NCBI GenBank assembly: GCA_035250975.1
Contig: DATFEP010000082.1
Span: 1-19,701 of the forward strand
Source: Nitrososphaeraceae archaeon
GTDB lineage: Archaea; Thermoproteota; Nitrososphaeria; Nitrososphaerales; Nitrososphaeraceae
Direction of reading: 5' to 3'
DNA length: 19,701 nucleotides
Numbering within the stretch: the stretch's first letter is position 1; every line of letters starts with the position of its first letter. A program made the translations under genes and the position numbers. Under the pieces are notes generated by a model, which was not told where the DNA came from, ran no database searches, and saw nothing but the letters and a program-made list of their open reading frames with translations. Positions 19,222-19,701 of the stretch are shown in pieces.

Positions 19222-19701
19222 ATGAATATCAATTTTAATAACAACAATAACAGATACTACGTTCTTTTTTTTATGGTATCTGTATTTAGTGCAATAGTTT
19301 TTCTTGGTAGTTATAAAGACGTTCAATGGGTATTTGCAAATCCTCCAGTTATGAAAGACCAGATGAGTAACATGACTGGAACACAGAACAAGAATATGAT
19401 GATGGACCCAAACCAGATGCAGACAATGATGAAACAGATGAATAAAACTGGCATGATGATGGCAGGACAACAACCGCCTATGATGGGACCGATGATGGGA
19501 CCGATGATGGCAGGACAACAACCGCCTATGATGGGACCGATGATGGGACAGATGATGGCAGGACAACAACCGCCTATGATGGGACCGATGATGGGACAGA
19601 TGATGGCAGGACAACAACCGCCTATGATGGGACCGATGATGGCAGGACAACAACCGCCTATGATGGGACCGATGATGGCAGGACAACAACCGCCTATGAT
19701 G
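19222..19701 (+). CDS. Exported Met-rich tandem-repeat protein, 3'-truncated by the window (not in the ORF track)
   Basis: Open for 160 codons to the edge: MNINFNNNNNRYYVLFFMVSVFSAIVFLGSYKDVQWVFA-NPPVMKDQMSNMTGTQNKNMMMDPNQMQTMMKQMNKTGM(MMAGQQPPMMGP[MMGP/Q])n. Signal peptide ending VFA. TTTATAT at 19193-19199; an alternative in-frame ATG lies at 19201. Confidence 0.85.
   Translation, partial: MNINFNNNNNRYYVLFFMVSVFSAIVFLGSYKDVQWVFANPPVMKDQMSNMTGTQNKNMMMDPNQMQTMMKQMNKTGMMMAGQQPPMMGPMMGPMMAGQQPPMMGPMMGQMMAGQQPPMMGPMMGQMMAGQQPPMMGPMMAGQQPPMMGPMMAGQQPPMM
19456..19701 (+). repeat. Coding minisatellite with units of 48, 48, 48, 36, 36 and at least 30 bp
   Basis: ATGATGGCAGGACAACAACCGCCTATGATGGGACCG starts at 19456, 19504, 19552, 19600, 19636 and 19672 (partial). 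The first three units carry an extra ATGATGGGAC(C/A)G. Confidence 0.95.

Noticed and set aside
19219-19689. 156-aa His-rich minus-strand ORF, and the repeat as a CRISPR array
   Set aside because: CAT (His) codons are the reverse complement of ATG (Met). The plus frame has a promoter and signal peptide and was missed only because its stop is outside the window. The repeats are in-frame with no unique spacers, and there are no cas genes.

Overview
AT-rich (roughly 30% GC by eye) chromosomal segment of an ammonia-oxidizing archaeon (Nitrososphaerota, most likely a soil/freshwater Nitrososphaeraceae-type lineage). Core content: 2-oxoacid:ferredoxin oxidoreductase alpha/beta; ammonia monooxygenase genes amoA and amoX (minus strand) divergent from amoB, with no amoC in the window; pdxS/pdxT; tRNA-Leu(UAA) with two 16-nt introns; futalosine-pathway menaquinone genes mqnD/mqnE/mqnC; HMG-CoA synthase; MscL; a TFE-beta/RPC34-like Fe-S factor; a LEA/WHy-like protein; a CopD-like protein. 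The ORF track misses or misreads several things: a divergent microprotein pair upstream of korA (a 50-aa peptide with 9 Cys ending in Gly-Gly, and a 29-aa polyacidic peptide); an exported Met-rich tandem-repeat protein running off the right edge (candidate Cu(I) binder; the listed His-rich ORF is its antisense shadow); decayed transposase remnants of three families (IS6-, IS110- and IS1595-like); and candidate regulatory motifs around the amo genes. Family assignments come from motif recognition by eye; no searches were run.
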